Below, piece by piece: positions 13,101 to 23,410 of a stretch of DNA of 64,000 bases. This stretch comes from Octopus bimaculoides. Lineage: Eukaryota. Location of the stretch: contig NC_068992.1 in assembly GCF_001194135.2 (NCBI RefSeq), positions 61,193,876 through 61,257,875 on the forward strand, in the 5' to 3' direction. The position numbers and the translations under genes are program-made. Within the stretch, counting starts at the first letter, position 1. The number at the start of each line of letters is the position of its first letter. Under the pieces are notes generated by a model. That model worked only from the letters and a program-made list of their open reading frames with translations, was not told where the DNA came from and made no database searches.

Positions 13101-13989
13101 CCTATATTTATGCATAATTTGACTTAATTTTTTTTTCTTACTTGTATGTATGTGGTTGAATGCACATAGGAATGTGTTCAAGCATGCATGCATTTTTATG
13201 AATAAAATTTCATTTTGACCAATTCAAATTTTGGAAAGGAAACCTTCAAACATTCTTACCTAAAACTATTTATAAAACACTTCCAGAAATATTTGCTCTG
13301 ATGCTGGGGGTATATATGCTGCCTGCTATCATTCATAGATCTACTTAATTATACATGTGATATATTTAATGATAAATGGTATTGTGGCATTATCATTGTG
13401 GCTATTTATAAACACCCTTCTTATTAAGGACTGGCCATTGCTCACAATGGACATAATATTCTTTTTGAAGCATAAATTCAAAAGATAAATCAATATATAT
13501 TGAATTAGTGAGATAGAGATGAAAAAGAATGGGTATTTCAATATCTTCAGAGTAATGGAAGAAGAAACTCTATCTAGCTCAAAAGATATAGCCGGATGCT
13601 GCACCAAGTATCTGTTGTTTATCAGTTTTACTCCCTTTCCTTGAGATTCAATTGTATTTATTCATCACTATCTCTCTCCTTCCCTCTCATCGTGTGTGTA
13701 TGTGTGTATAAAAAATATTTTTGTTCAATTTGACTAGTTTTCCATTAACTGGAGTTTTATTCTAGCAAGGCACTTATCAGAGAGCATCTCAATTATGTAA
13801 GCTTGTGTGTACATATGTATACATGCATGTGCTGCATGATGGAGTCTCTACAAGCTCATTTGGTTGGTGCTTTATCTGGTTTATGAGGCATTAAGCAACA
13901 GAGTAGAAAATTCTGCCTGGATGGGATTAAATCTGTTGTAAACTTAACATGAGTGCTGGAACAAATTGAATTCTGTTAGGTATTTCCAC

Positions 13990-15585
13990 CACTACTTGGT
14001 TTCAAATTTTGGCACAATGCCAGTAGTTAAGGGACGGGTAAGTCAATTACGTTGACCTCAGTGCTCAACCAGTACTTATTCCACCGATTCCTAACAGTTG
14101 AAAGCAAAGTTCACTTTAGCAGAATTTGAACTCAGAATGTAAAAGCAGATAAAATGCTGCTAAGCTTTTTGACTAGCATGCTAACAAATCTACCAATTCT
14201 CTGCCTTAAATAATAATATCAATCCTTTCTGTTATAGCCACAAGGCCCCAAATTCTTTTGTTTTTGGTTGAGAGTGGAAGCTAGTTGATTACATTGACTC
14301 ATCTTATCATCCCCAAAAGGGTGGAAGGCAAAGTCAATCTTGGCAGAATTTGAAGACTGAATGTCACTAAATGTTTTCTCCAGCATGCTGCCTTAATAAT
14401 AGTAATCCTTTCTACCAGAGGCCCAATGCCTGAAATTTTGTGGAAGAGACTAGTCGATTACATTGACTTCCATTTCTCAACTAGTACTTATTTTATTGAC
14501 CTCAAAAGATAAAAGACAAAGTCAACCTCAGTAGAATTTGAACTCAGAATTTGAACTAATTTCTTCCAGCTTCACATTTTGTCTAGTTTGATAATAATTC
14601 CACCAGCTCATTGCCTTAATAATAATGATGATGATGATGATGATGATGATAATTATAATAATGATCCATTGGGAACTCTGTGGAAATCATGGCCTACAAA
14701 GGGCAAAATGTGGTATCAGCAAACTCCATAAGGAGCCACCAAAAATGAGAATTGCAATGATCTAGTGCGAATATCTGACCAGACATCGGAAACTGGATAT
14801 TGTTGTGGTGAATAGAAATGAAAAAACATATATTATGATTGGCATAGCATGCCCCAGTGACAACAGGATCAATGTGAAAGAAGAAAAATTAAAAAAAACT
14901 ATGATGATTTGAAATAGGAAATATAAAGGTTGTGGTCAATGAAGAGAGTAGACATGATACCAATAGTAATTGGTGCACTTGGAAGTATCAGCATTCAACT
15001 ACCAACATGGCTGAGAAAGATCGGTGTAAGTGTGAAGGTAGAACATCTACAAAAATCAGCATTGCTTGGAACTGCAAGAATTCTTTGCAGTGTTCTTGAA
15101 GCATGACCAGTAAACTAGTGTTGCCTTAGTCTGCTGGCTGTGGACTGTTGACACTTTCCATCATACCCAGCAAAATAAGCTGTAAATTTTAATATAATAA
15201 TAATAATAATAATAATAATCATTTCTGCTATAGGTACAAGGCCTGAAATTTTGTAGGGCAGAGGTAGTTAGTTAATTACATTGATTCCATTGCTCAACAA
15301 GACTTATTTTATTAACTCCAAAAGGATGAAAGGCAAAGTTCAACCGTAGCAGAATTTGAACTCAGAACATAGAACTGGAAGAAACGTAGCTAAGTGTTTT
15401 GTCAGGTGTGATAACGATTCTGCCAGCTCACCGTTTAATTATTAATCCCTAATCTAGGCACACCTTATTAGACCCAACTGACACCATTGACTGGTACCTG
15501 ACTGGTACATTATTTTATTGACTCCAGGTGGATGCAAGGCAAAGTTGACCTTGGCAGGATTTGAACTCAGAACATAGTCACACAA
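13990..15585 (-). mobile_element. Chain of about five family-B SINE copies, head to tail, separated by (TAA)n
   Basis: Repeated ttttattgac..aaaggatgaaaggcaaagt..gcagaatttgaactcagaa (reverse of family B core) at about 13990, 14225, 14400, 15220, 15455. Confidence 0.8.
14664..15190 (+). mobile_element. R4/Dong-like non-LTR retrotransposon 3' end (restriction-like endonuclease region, decayed)
   Basis: Translates IHWELC..RKLDIVVVNRNEKTYIMIGIACPSDNRINVKEE..YDDLK*EI*RLWSMKRVDMIPIVIGALGS..LQKSALLGTARILCSVLEA*; flanked by (TAA)n. Confidence 0.85.
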
Positions 15586-15640
15586 ATACTAATATATGTC
15601 ATGTACATTCAACATTGGGTTTGTTTATTTTTTTCTGTAG

Positions 15641-15728
15641 AAAACAAGTACCTGCTGAAGCGGAGAAGAACTTTCTGAAAAAAGCAGCCTCACTGGATAC
15701 CTATGGTATTGATCCTCATCATGTAAAG
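15641..15728 (+). CDS. FRMD5: FRMD5-like exon (end of FERM-B)
   Basis: ttttctgtag / gtacgt; 88 nt; (Q)KQVPAEAEKNFLKKAASLDTYGIDPHHVK, resembling FRMD5 NFL.KA.TLETYGVDPHPCK. Confidence 0.95.
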
Positions 15729-16664
15729 GTACGTAAGTTCAATCTTCACTGGAGAACCTCAGTGTTCGCTTATTAACAGTTGATCACCAGCAGTAGTGTG
15801 GATGTGTATGTATATGTTCTTGATGACTAATATGTAGATATGTATTTGTGGGTAATGTGGATGCTTGATGTGTGTATTGGGTAATATAGGTGTGTGTGTA
15901 TGTGTATGTTGGCTGCATGACTGTGTTGGCTGAAGTGTGTGGTCTAACGTGTGTGTGTGTATGAAGCTGGGTTAGTTAGTGTCTTGGTTAATATGTGTGT
16001 GTTTGTGTTGACTGATGTGTTAGAGTTGGTTTAAGAGTGTTATGTTTGTTGGTTAACATGTGTGTGTGTTGGTCAGTGTGGGTATATATGGATGTTTGTC
16101 AGTTAATGAGTGTGTGGTTTGCATAATGTGTGCGTGTGTATGTGTTGGCAACTCAGTTTGGGTGTTAGTACCTGGGGTCTTTAATTGACACGTGGCAGCA
16201 GCTGTTGCTGTGTATATCTTTTCTCAGACAGGATTACTTATTGGTGGTGGTGGCATTTAGCCATAAGTCAGCTCTGATCAAGCAAACTTATGCTTACATC
16301 ATTACATCCATAACTATTCATCTTATCTTATTTCCAAAAAATATAGTACATTATTCATTTCTTTTAAGATAATAGGTAATACTTTGATTCTCTGGAGAAT
16401 TTGATTGCTATTTGAAGCAATTCAAATGATCACATGAAAGTCTCCTCATTGACTCGATTCACAGTAACGTTATCTCCAGGTGTGTAATATCTCTTTGTCA
16501 ATGGCTGAAAGAAGAGAAAGAAACTGTTGACACCAGGTGTGTGTTAACAGAAAAAGTAGTCCAGTTGCCACGAAGTTAAAATGCTTCATTACTGTTTGCA
16601 AAGTTATAAGTTCAAACCTACAGCTAATATTTCATCTTCATTTCTTCACCTGGCTGAATCATCA

Positions 16665-16960
16665 TCATCATTTAACAGCTGTTTTCCATTCTGGCATGAG
16701 TTAGATAGTTTAACTGGAACTGGTAAGTTGGAGAGCTGCACCAAGTTCCAATCTGATTTGGCATGGTTTCTACGGTTGGATACCCTTCCTAATGACAACC
16801 TCTCCAAAAGTGTAATGGGTGATTTTTATGTGCCACCAGTATGGGTGTCATAAGCCACAACTGTGATTTCACTTGGCTTGATGATTCTTTTCAAGTGTGG
16901 CATATTGTCAGGTGAGGCTGAAATCATGTGGTTGGGAAGCAAGCTCTTTAACTATTGTCA
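16665..16960 (-). mobile_element. RTE-tail SINE (same family as 1-288), older copy; others about 7365-7505, 8712-8900, 37261-37570, 53215-53375
   Basis: (cat)n-ttaacagctgttttcca..ccaatctgatttggcatggtttctac..ggatacccttcctaatg. Confidence 0.7.
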
Positions 16961-17240
16961 CACCTTATAATCAATATAAAACTCCATTTAAATTGTCAGT
17001 GAGAGGAAGTTATAATTTGTCCACATCTCAAAAAAGGCTTTTTGGTTAGGAATATTAAAATGTAATGGCAGAAATGATGACAACACAGGTGATGCTGAAA
17101 CTGTAAATTTTAACATTTTGAACCCACAAATATACTTTTGCAGGTGTGATTTTATTTGACTGTGCCCTTGAAAGGTGCAAGAGTGGCTACATAGTTTTTT
17201 TTTATTTATAGTGGGGAAAAAAAAATCTTTCTGCTAATTA

Positions 17241-17718
17241 GGTGCAGGTGTAGCTGTGTGGTAAGAAGCTTACTTCTCAACCACATGGTTCCAGGTTCAG
17301 TTCCACTGCATGGCACCTTGGGCAAGGCTACTATAGCCTTGGGCTGACCAAAGCCTTATGAGTGGATATGGTAGACAGAAACAGAAAGAAACCTGTCATA
17401 TATATAGATGTGTGTGTGTGTGTGTCCCTGTTTGTCTTCCACCACTGTTTGACAACTGGTGGTGATACATTTGTGTATATATGTATATATCTATGTATGT
17501 GTGTCTGTTTGTCTCCCCATACCAGTTGACAACCAGTGTTGGTGTGTTTATGTTCCTATACTGTAACTTAGTAGTTTGGCAAAGGAGACCAGTAGAATAA
17601 GCACTAAGCTTTAAAAAAAAAAAAGTCCTAGGATCGATTTGTTTGACTAAAAAATCATTCAAGGTGGTGCCGCAGCATAGCCACGGTCAAATGACCGAAG
17701 CAAGTAAAGGCAAAAGAT
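17241..17718 (+). mobile_element. SINE family A, full length
   Basis: ggtgcaggtgtagctgtgtggtaagaagctt head through gaagcaagtaaaggcaaaaga tail. Confidence 0.88.
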
Positions 17719-18122
17719 GATTATTGAGTTGGAAACACAAATCCATGTGGTCATCCGATTTTGTCTGGTTCTGTGGTTGTCAAATGACATCATGCCTTCT
17801 AAAGCATATTTGTTGATTCAATGGGTTAAGGATTTGGTATGTGAAGAAAGTTTCAGTCTTACAGACTGAAACCATTTCAAACCTTATCAATACTGAAATA
17901 TAAACTTCAAAATTCTGATGATGATAATGGTGGTGGTGGTGTGTGAAGTTGGTGTTGTTGACAGCGTTTCCTGAACAATCTTATCCATTCTTCTCTGGAG
18001 AAATAGTGGAAGATTTATAAAATTTAGAATGTTGGTTAAAGGAACAATAGCTCTAGTATGTAGCAAGATTTTTACAGTATACTTATTCATTAAAAAATTG
18101 TTATTACACTTAAAAATGGTGA

Positions 18123-18166
<44 letters not shown>

Positions 18167-18509
18167 TTCGGTCAGCATAAGTTATATTTATCACTGGTGA
18201 GGCAAATATGTCTCAAAATGCCTTCTGCTTCAGAGATAAGCAGTAGAGTGGGTGCTTGTAATAATGAACCAAGAAATTTTAATTTATTAAAATTATACCT
18301 TTAAAAAGATTAATTCAGGTCAAGTAGGGCAGGGGACACAACCCACTTTACTATATTTGTAAGAGAGATAATCCATATTATTACATGTATAAAGGATTAT
18401 TGTGTTTTTTATAGTTTAAATAACTTGAGACTCAACTGGCACAGTACCTGACTACTTGCCTGTACATATCTATACAATACGTGTGTGTATGAATGTATAC
18501 GTATTTTGA

Positions 18510-19065
18510 TTAGACTCTCATATGTCCTTCTCACTGGTCACAATTCACTTCCATTCATATCTGTCCGCACTTTCGTCCTAAATTTGGGCCTGAACTTTTT
18601 GACTATCATCTTCACTTCGTCTTGAAGGTTTTCTAAGTGGTCTTCCAATCTCTTGAACACCACTTGACAAATGCATGGGTTCACCTGTTGTCTGTGAGCC
18701 TTGTGACACATCAAGCTTAGTGGAACTTGTGCTTGATCACATTGTCCACTCTGCTCCGTTCTCAAATTATTTCATTTCTAATATGCTTCCACATTGATAT
18801 TTCTGTCTTGGATCGTTCCATTGTCCTTTGTGTCCCAGCAAGTTGCTGTTCTCCCTTTTCATAATAGTTCGTGTTTCATTTGCATGTAAGAGTTAATGCT
18901 GGAAGATGCTATTGAAGAGATTACCATGCAGCGTCGTTTTCGGATGTGCTTTGATTATATCTTCAATCAAGGCAAATACCTTACACTCTGCTCTTATTCT
19001 GTGTGAGATTTCAGCATTCATGTCTCAGCATACATTTGCTGTTTGTCCCAAGTTAGTTACTGCAC
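18510..19065 (-). mobile_element. RTE-clade LINE 3' fragment
   Basis: rc reads EISHRIRA..NLFNSI..HANETRTI.KRE..LAGTQRTMERS..KHIRNE..VTRLTDNR*THA..W..RDWK with frameshifts, the RTE RT C-terminal pattern. Confidence 0.75.
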
Positions 19066-19070
19066 CTAAT

Positions 19071-19410
19071 GAAGGGGCATGGCTCATTGGTTAGAGTGTT
19101 GGGCTTACAATCATGATGTTGTGAGTTCAATTCTTGGACCAAGCTGTGTGTTGTGTTCCTGAGTAAGATACCTTATTTCACATTGCTGCAATTCACTCAG
19201 TTGTAGTGTAGAAATGAGTTGTGATGTCACTGGTGCCAAGCTGTATCAGCCTTTGCCTTTCCCTAGGGCAGCATCAGTGGCATGGAGAGGGGAGACTGGT
19301 ATGTATGGGCAACTGATGGTCTTCCACAAACAATCTTACATGGATTTTTGCCCTGGCGGGGAACTTTCTGGGTACAATTCCATGGTCATTCATGACCAAA
19401 GGGAGTCCTA
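19071..19410 (+). mobile_element. SINE with family-C head and a different 3' part
   Basis: gaaggggcatggctcattggttagagtgttgg..gtgagttcaattcttgg tRNA-like head. Confidence 0.7.
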
Positions 19411-19522
19411 GAAAAAAAAATGTTATTGCACCTATATTTACAACATTCAATGATTCTGACCATCTCTTTATGATATTTGAAAGCAACAATGATTTTTTTT
19501 CTCTTTTACATTTTTCTAACAG

Positions 19523-19611
19523 GATCAGAAAGGCAATCCACTCTTTCTTGGAATCACACATCAAGGTATTATGACATTCCATGGTAACAGGAGAACCCAC
19601 CTGTTCACATG
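19523..19611 (+). CDS. FRMD5: FRMD5-like exon (FERM-C start)
   Basis: ttttctaacag / gtaaga; 89 nt; DQKGNPLFLGITHQGIMTFHGNRRTHLFT(W), resembling FRMD5 D.SGN..FL..T..G.....GNKRVH..KW. Confidence 0.94.
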
Positions 19612-19859
19612 GTAAGATTTCAACTTTTTATAAGATAAAAATATTTCTCTGTAGTGTTGGCCAGTTCTTACATTAATATGCCTTCTATTTTGAATTTGTA
19701 TTTCCTCATACAAACGATTCTGTTGACACTCAAAAGAAAATAACAATACGACAAATGACAGGAGCTCATGAAACTAGTAAAATATTATTAAGTAAGTAAA
19801 GAGATGAATCGCATACTGGATAGGTGATGGTCACCTTCTGGTAACATTCTTAGAACATG

Positions 19860-20085
19860 AACCTGTTAGCATTCAGAGTTTTTTGTCAAATGTGATGCTT
19901 ATTTATTCACATTGTTTTGAATTAATCATACATTCTTTTGTAGCTAAGATTTTCATGATGTGATTACTTATTTTTCGGATGACATTGTAGGAAAGGTGTG
20001 ATAGGCCAGATCTGGCCAGTTTTATCATTGGCTTGGTAGAATATAAGAGGCTGGGCATGAGTAGTTTGAATGTTAATGGGTTAAG
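19860..20085 (+). mobile_element. TTAA-ended MITE (accctttagcatt..aatgctaaagggttaa family); copies also about 51900-52105, 57180-57330, 61170-61400
   Basis: Short TIRs and shared core gtcaaatgtgatgcttatttattcacattgttttgaattaat. Confidence 0.65.
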
Positions 20086-20217
20086 TATCTAGCATCAGCA
20101 AAACAGTCAAATGAATAAAAGATTAAAAGATATTTTATGCACACACACATACATACACATACAAATATCTTTCTATTCCAAGTGAGCACTCAACTATCTT
20201 GATTATATTTTCTACAG

Positions 20218-20281
20218 GAGTCAAATGAAAAGAATAGTCTACGAAGGCAAGATGTTTATTGTACACGTCAACACTGCTGAG
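20218..20281 (+). CDS. FRMD5: FRMD5-like exon (FERM-C)
   Basis: ttttctacag / gtaaga; 64 nt; (W)SQMKRIVYEGKMFIVHVNTAE; phase consistent with neighbours. Confidence 0.93.
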
Positions 20282-21419
20282 GTAAGATTATGCTATCATT
20301 TTGATAAACATTTCTTTAATTAATTAAAAACTACAATCTTGTTTGAAACCAATGAATCATTGGGTCATATTTCCTTTTCTTTTCTTTTTTTTTATGCTTT
20401 TTTATATTTTATTCAAGTGAAAAGTTATTTGAGAATGTTGAACAATAATGTTGGGTTTATGATATGCATTCATAACTGCTTAATTACTACTGTGAGGTTT
20501 TATTTTGTTTTAAATCTTTCTAAGTTTATACTTCTTCTGAAACAAAGAAACAGACTGAACAAACCTTCAAAATAAAGGGAGGTAACTAATTTGTTCTTCA
20601 AGTATTTTGATCATATGGTTGAAGTATCTTTGAACATTGCTAAGAATTACCTGCTATCTTCGAACCTTAAACTATTTTTTCTATTATGATACTGTTAAAT
20701 ATTTAAATGAAATTTACCAAAGATTTTAGATAATTATTTGCTAATGCTATCTTTAACTCTTTGATCAACTTTTTCGTAATTTTCTTCTTTTGGTGTTTTT
20801 ACATCCAGTATTCTATGCTAGCATCAGTGGAATGATTTTTGTATAACCAATTATTTTTCCAGCTTTTATATTAAACGTGGTACTCCAAGAAGCAATCTAA
20901 AACATATGAGTTATCTACTTTATGCAGGATAAGAATACATTTGTTGTTTGGTGTTAACCTTTGACCTGGTGGTCTATTAGGTAACACTTTAGGAAACAGC
21001 TACCATGACTTCAACAAAAGGCATTTTGTGACACTGTTTATATATATATATATATATATATNNNNNNNNNNNNNNNNNNNNNNNNNNNNNNNNNNNNNNN
21101 NNNNNNNNNNNNNNNNNNNNNNNNNNNNNNNNNNNNNNNNNNNNNNNNNNNNNNNNNNNNNNNNNNNNNNNNNNNNNNNNNNNNNNNNNNNNNNNNNNNN
21201 NNNNNNNNNNNNNNNNNNNNNNNNNNNNNNNNNNNNNNNNNNNNNNNNNNNNNNNNNNNNNNNNNNNNNNNNNNNNNNNNNNNNNNNNNNNNNNNNNNNN
21301 NNNNNNNNNNNNNNNNNNNNNNNNNNNNNNNNNNNNNNNNNNNNNNNNNNNNNNNNNNNNNNNNNNNNNNNNNNNNNNNNNNNNNNNNNNNNNNNNNNNN
21401 NNNNNNNNNNNNNNNNNNN

Positions 21420-21875
21420 GCATGAGAGTTGAGAGTTGTGTTAGGTTTTAAAAAAAGGGTTAAAAGTTTGTGTTAAGCAGGAAGTATGGTGTCAAAACAG
21501 GAAGTGTGGTGTCAAAACAGGAAGTGTGTGTAAGGGGAGACAAATCTTTTTAGTTGGAGTTATGAACTCTTTTTCAACAGGAAGTTTATGTCTGTTCCTA
21601 GAGAAATAAGGTTACTGAGGGGTATGTGTGTTAAGAAATGGTTGGAATTTCTCTATGAAAAGATTCTCCTTGTTGATTCTTTCTTGTGTGGAGATTCTGT
21701 CTTTACATTGATAGAAAAGGAATATAAGGAATTTAGGGTTTTTGTTTCTGGCGCAAGAGTCTATGTGGCCAGAGTGGAATTTGGCGGTATTGAGGGAAAT
21801 TTATTTCTCTAGGAACAGACATAAACTTCCTGTTGAAAAAGAGTTCATAACTCCAACTAAAAACATTTGTCTCCC
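21420..21875 (-). mobile_element. Young 5'-truncated Penelope-like element with inverted partial pLTR
   Basis: 21800-21612(-) open: ISLNTAKFHSGHIDSCARNKNPKFLIFLFYQCKDRISTQERINKENLFIEKFQPFLNTHTPQ* (R..KE..FI.K..P.LN GIY-YIG C-terminus); 75-bp inverted repeat 21535-21609 / 21801-21875 with one mismatch; 20-bp tandem aacaggaagtgtggtgtcaa. Confidence 0.75.
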
Positions 21876-23019
21876 ATGTATACTTTTATATGCGGTGAGG
21901 CTGACAATGACTTCAATTTTTCAGCTTGCTCACCTTTATCAGACAGTTTGATAAATATATACTCTACCAAATTGGTCCTCTTGTAACCCAAAATGTTATG
22001 AAGCTCACCAAGATACTATCTTAAAACCAGAAAAGTTGAATTCCTGCAAGTGAACTAAAAATATTGATAATTAGTCTCAAACTAGTTGTCCTTCATTAGT
22101 TCTTTCAACATCACACAGCAAACATGTTTTTTCCTTTTTTTTTTTTTTTTTCATTTCCTTTGCCCCATTTCCATAATTATTCTAGCATCCATATTTGATA
22201 TTTGCATATTTCAGAATTTTTTCCTTTAATATTTTTAGATGAATTATCATTAGAAAGTGTATTTTTATTGCTGGATATTATTTCCTATGCTAACCATTCA
22301 ACCAACCATAAAGGGAACACAACTCTTATTTTTATTTTAGTCAGGCCAATTGGAGAATAGAAACAAAAAATCTAACACTGTAACAAGAGTATGGAATCGA
22401 CAGCACATGATATACAAATGTTGTCTTTGTTTACTCCTTGCTTTCTGCATATCTATTTTTTCCCTCATTCGCTTTTCTTATCTGAAAGCTGTTTATTAAA
22501 ATTATTATTATTCTTCATTGTGCAAGATACTTCCATTGTTTGAAATATTTTTTCTAGACTACTTTGTATAAAGAACCTCAAATGTTTAAAAATATAAAGA
22601 AGAATGGAAGAATAAATTCCAAAGTGTTTTATCATATTCACAACAATCTTTTGTCTTCAATCTGTAACCCAAATGAAACCTTAATGATTTTTTTCAGTTT
22701 ATTAACTGTTATTTAATGTAATGCCTTCTGATGTGTCATAACTTAATAGTCTTTCATGGAAACCAATTTAAGCTATTTATATTCTTTGCTTTTTTTTTTA
22801 AACCTACCCTACATTTAAAAAAAAAAAAAAATTGTGATGAAAGGATATAAATATTGAAGAAACTGAATTATCTGTGAGTAATTCTCAGACATCATCATCA
22901 TCAATTCTTCAACTTTACGTTTTTTTTTTTTATTTACAATTAATATTTTTTCTCTTTGGCATGAATGTACGCGAAGTAAAATGGACTTGGCTTCTTACAG
23001 ATATATTTATTATTGAGTT

Positions 23020-23410
23020 TAATTTCTCTTTCTCTTTTTTTGCTTTCACTCTCTATTCCTCTACCTCTTTCTCTCTCTCTCTGTTCTCTCTCTCTGTTCC
23101 CCTACCTCTTTCTCTCTCTCTGTTCCCCTACCTCTTTCTCTCCTCCTACCTTTCTCTCTCTGTTCCCCAACCTTTTCCCCTGTTTTCTCTTTCCTTTCTG
23201 CTTCTACCTCTTTCTTTCATTCTTTTCTCTCTCTTGATTTCTCTCTCTTTTCTCTCTCTTGATTTCTCTCTCTTTTCTCTCTCTTGATTTCTCTCTCTTT
23301 TCTCCCACTTTTCTTTCTCTCTCTCCTCTACCTTTCTCTCTCTACCTTTCTTTTTTTTTCTTTCTACCTTTCTTTTTTTTCTTTCTTCTCTACCTTTCTT
23401 TTTTATTGAC
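23020..23410. repeat. Polypyrimidine (CT-rich) tract with internal tandem duplications
   Basis: Almost purine-free; ctctcttgatttctctctctttt three times. Confidence 0.85.

Noticed and set aside
21475-21530. 20-bp direct repeats; also the 31-bp array at 58718
   Set aside because: Contiguous tandem units without unique spacers in a eukaryotic intron, so not CRISPR
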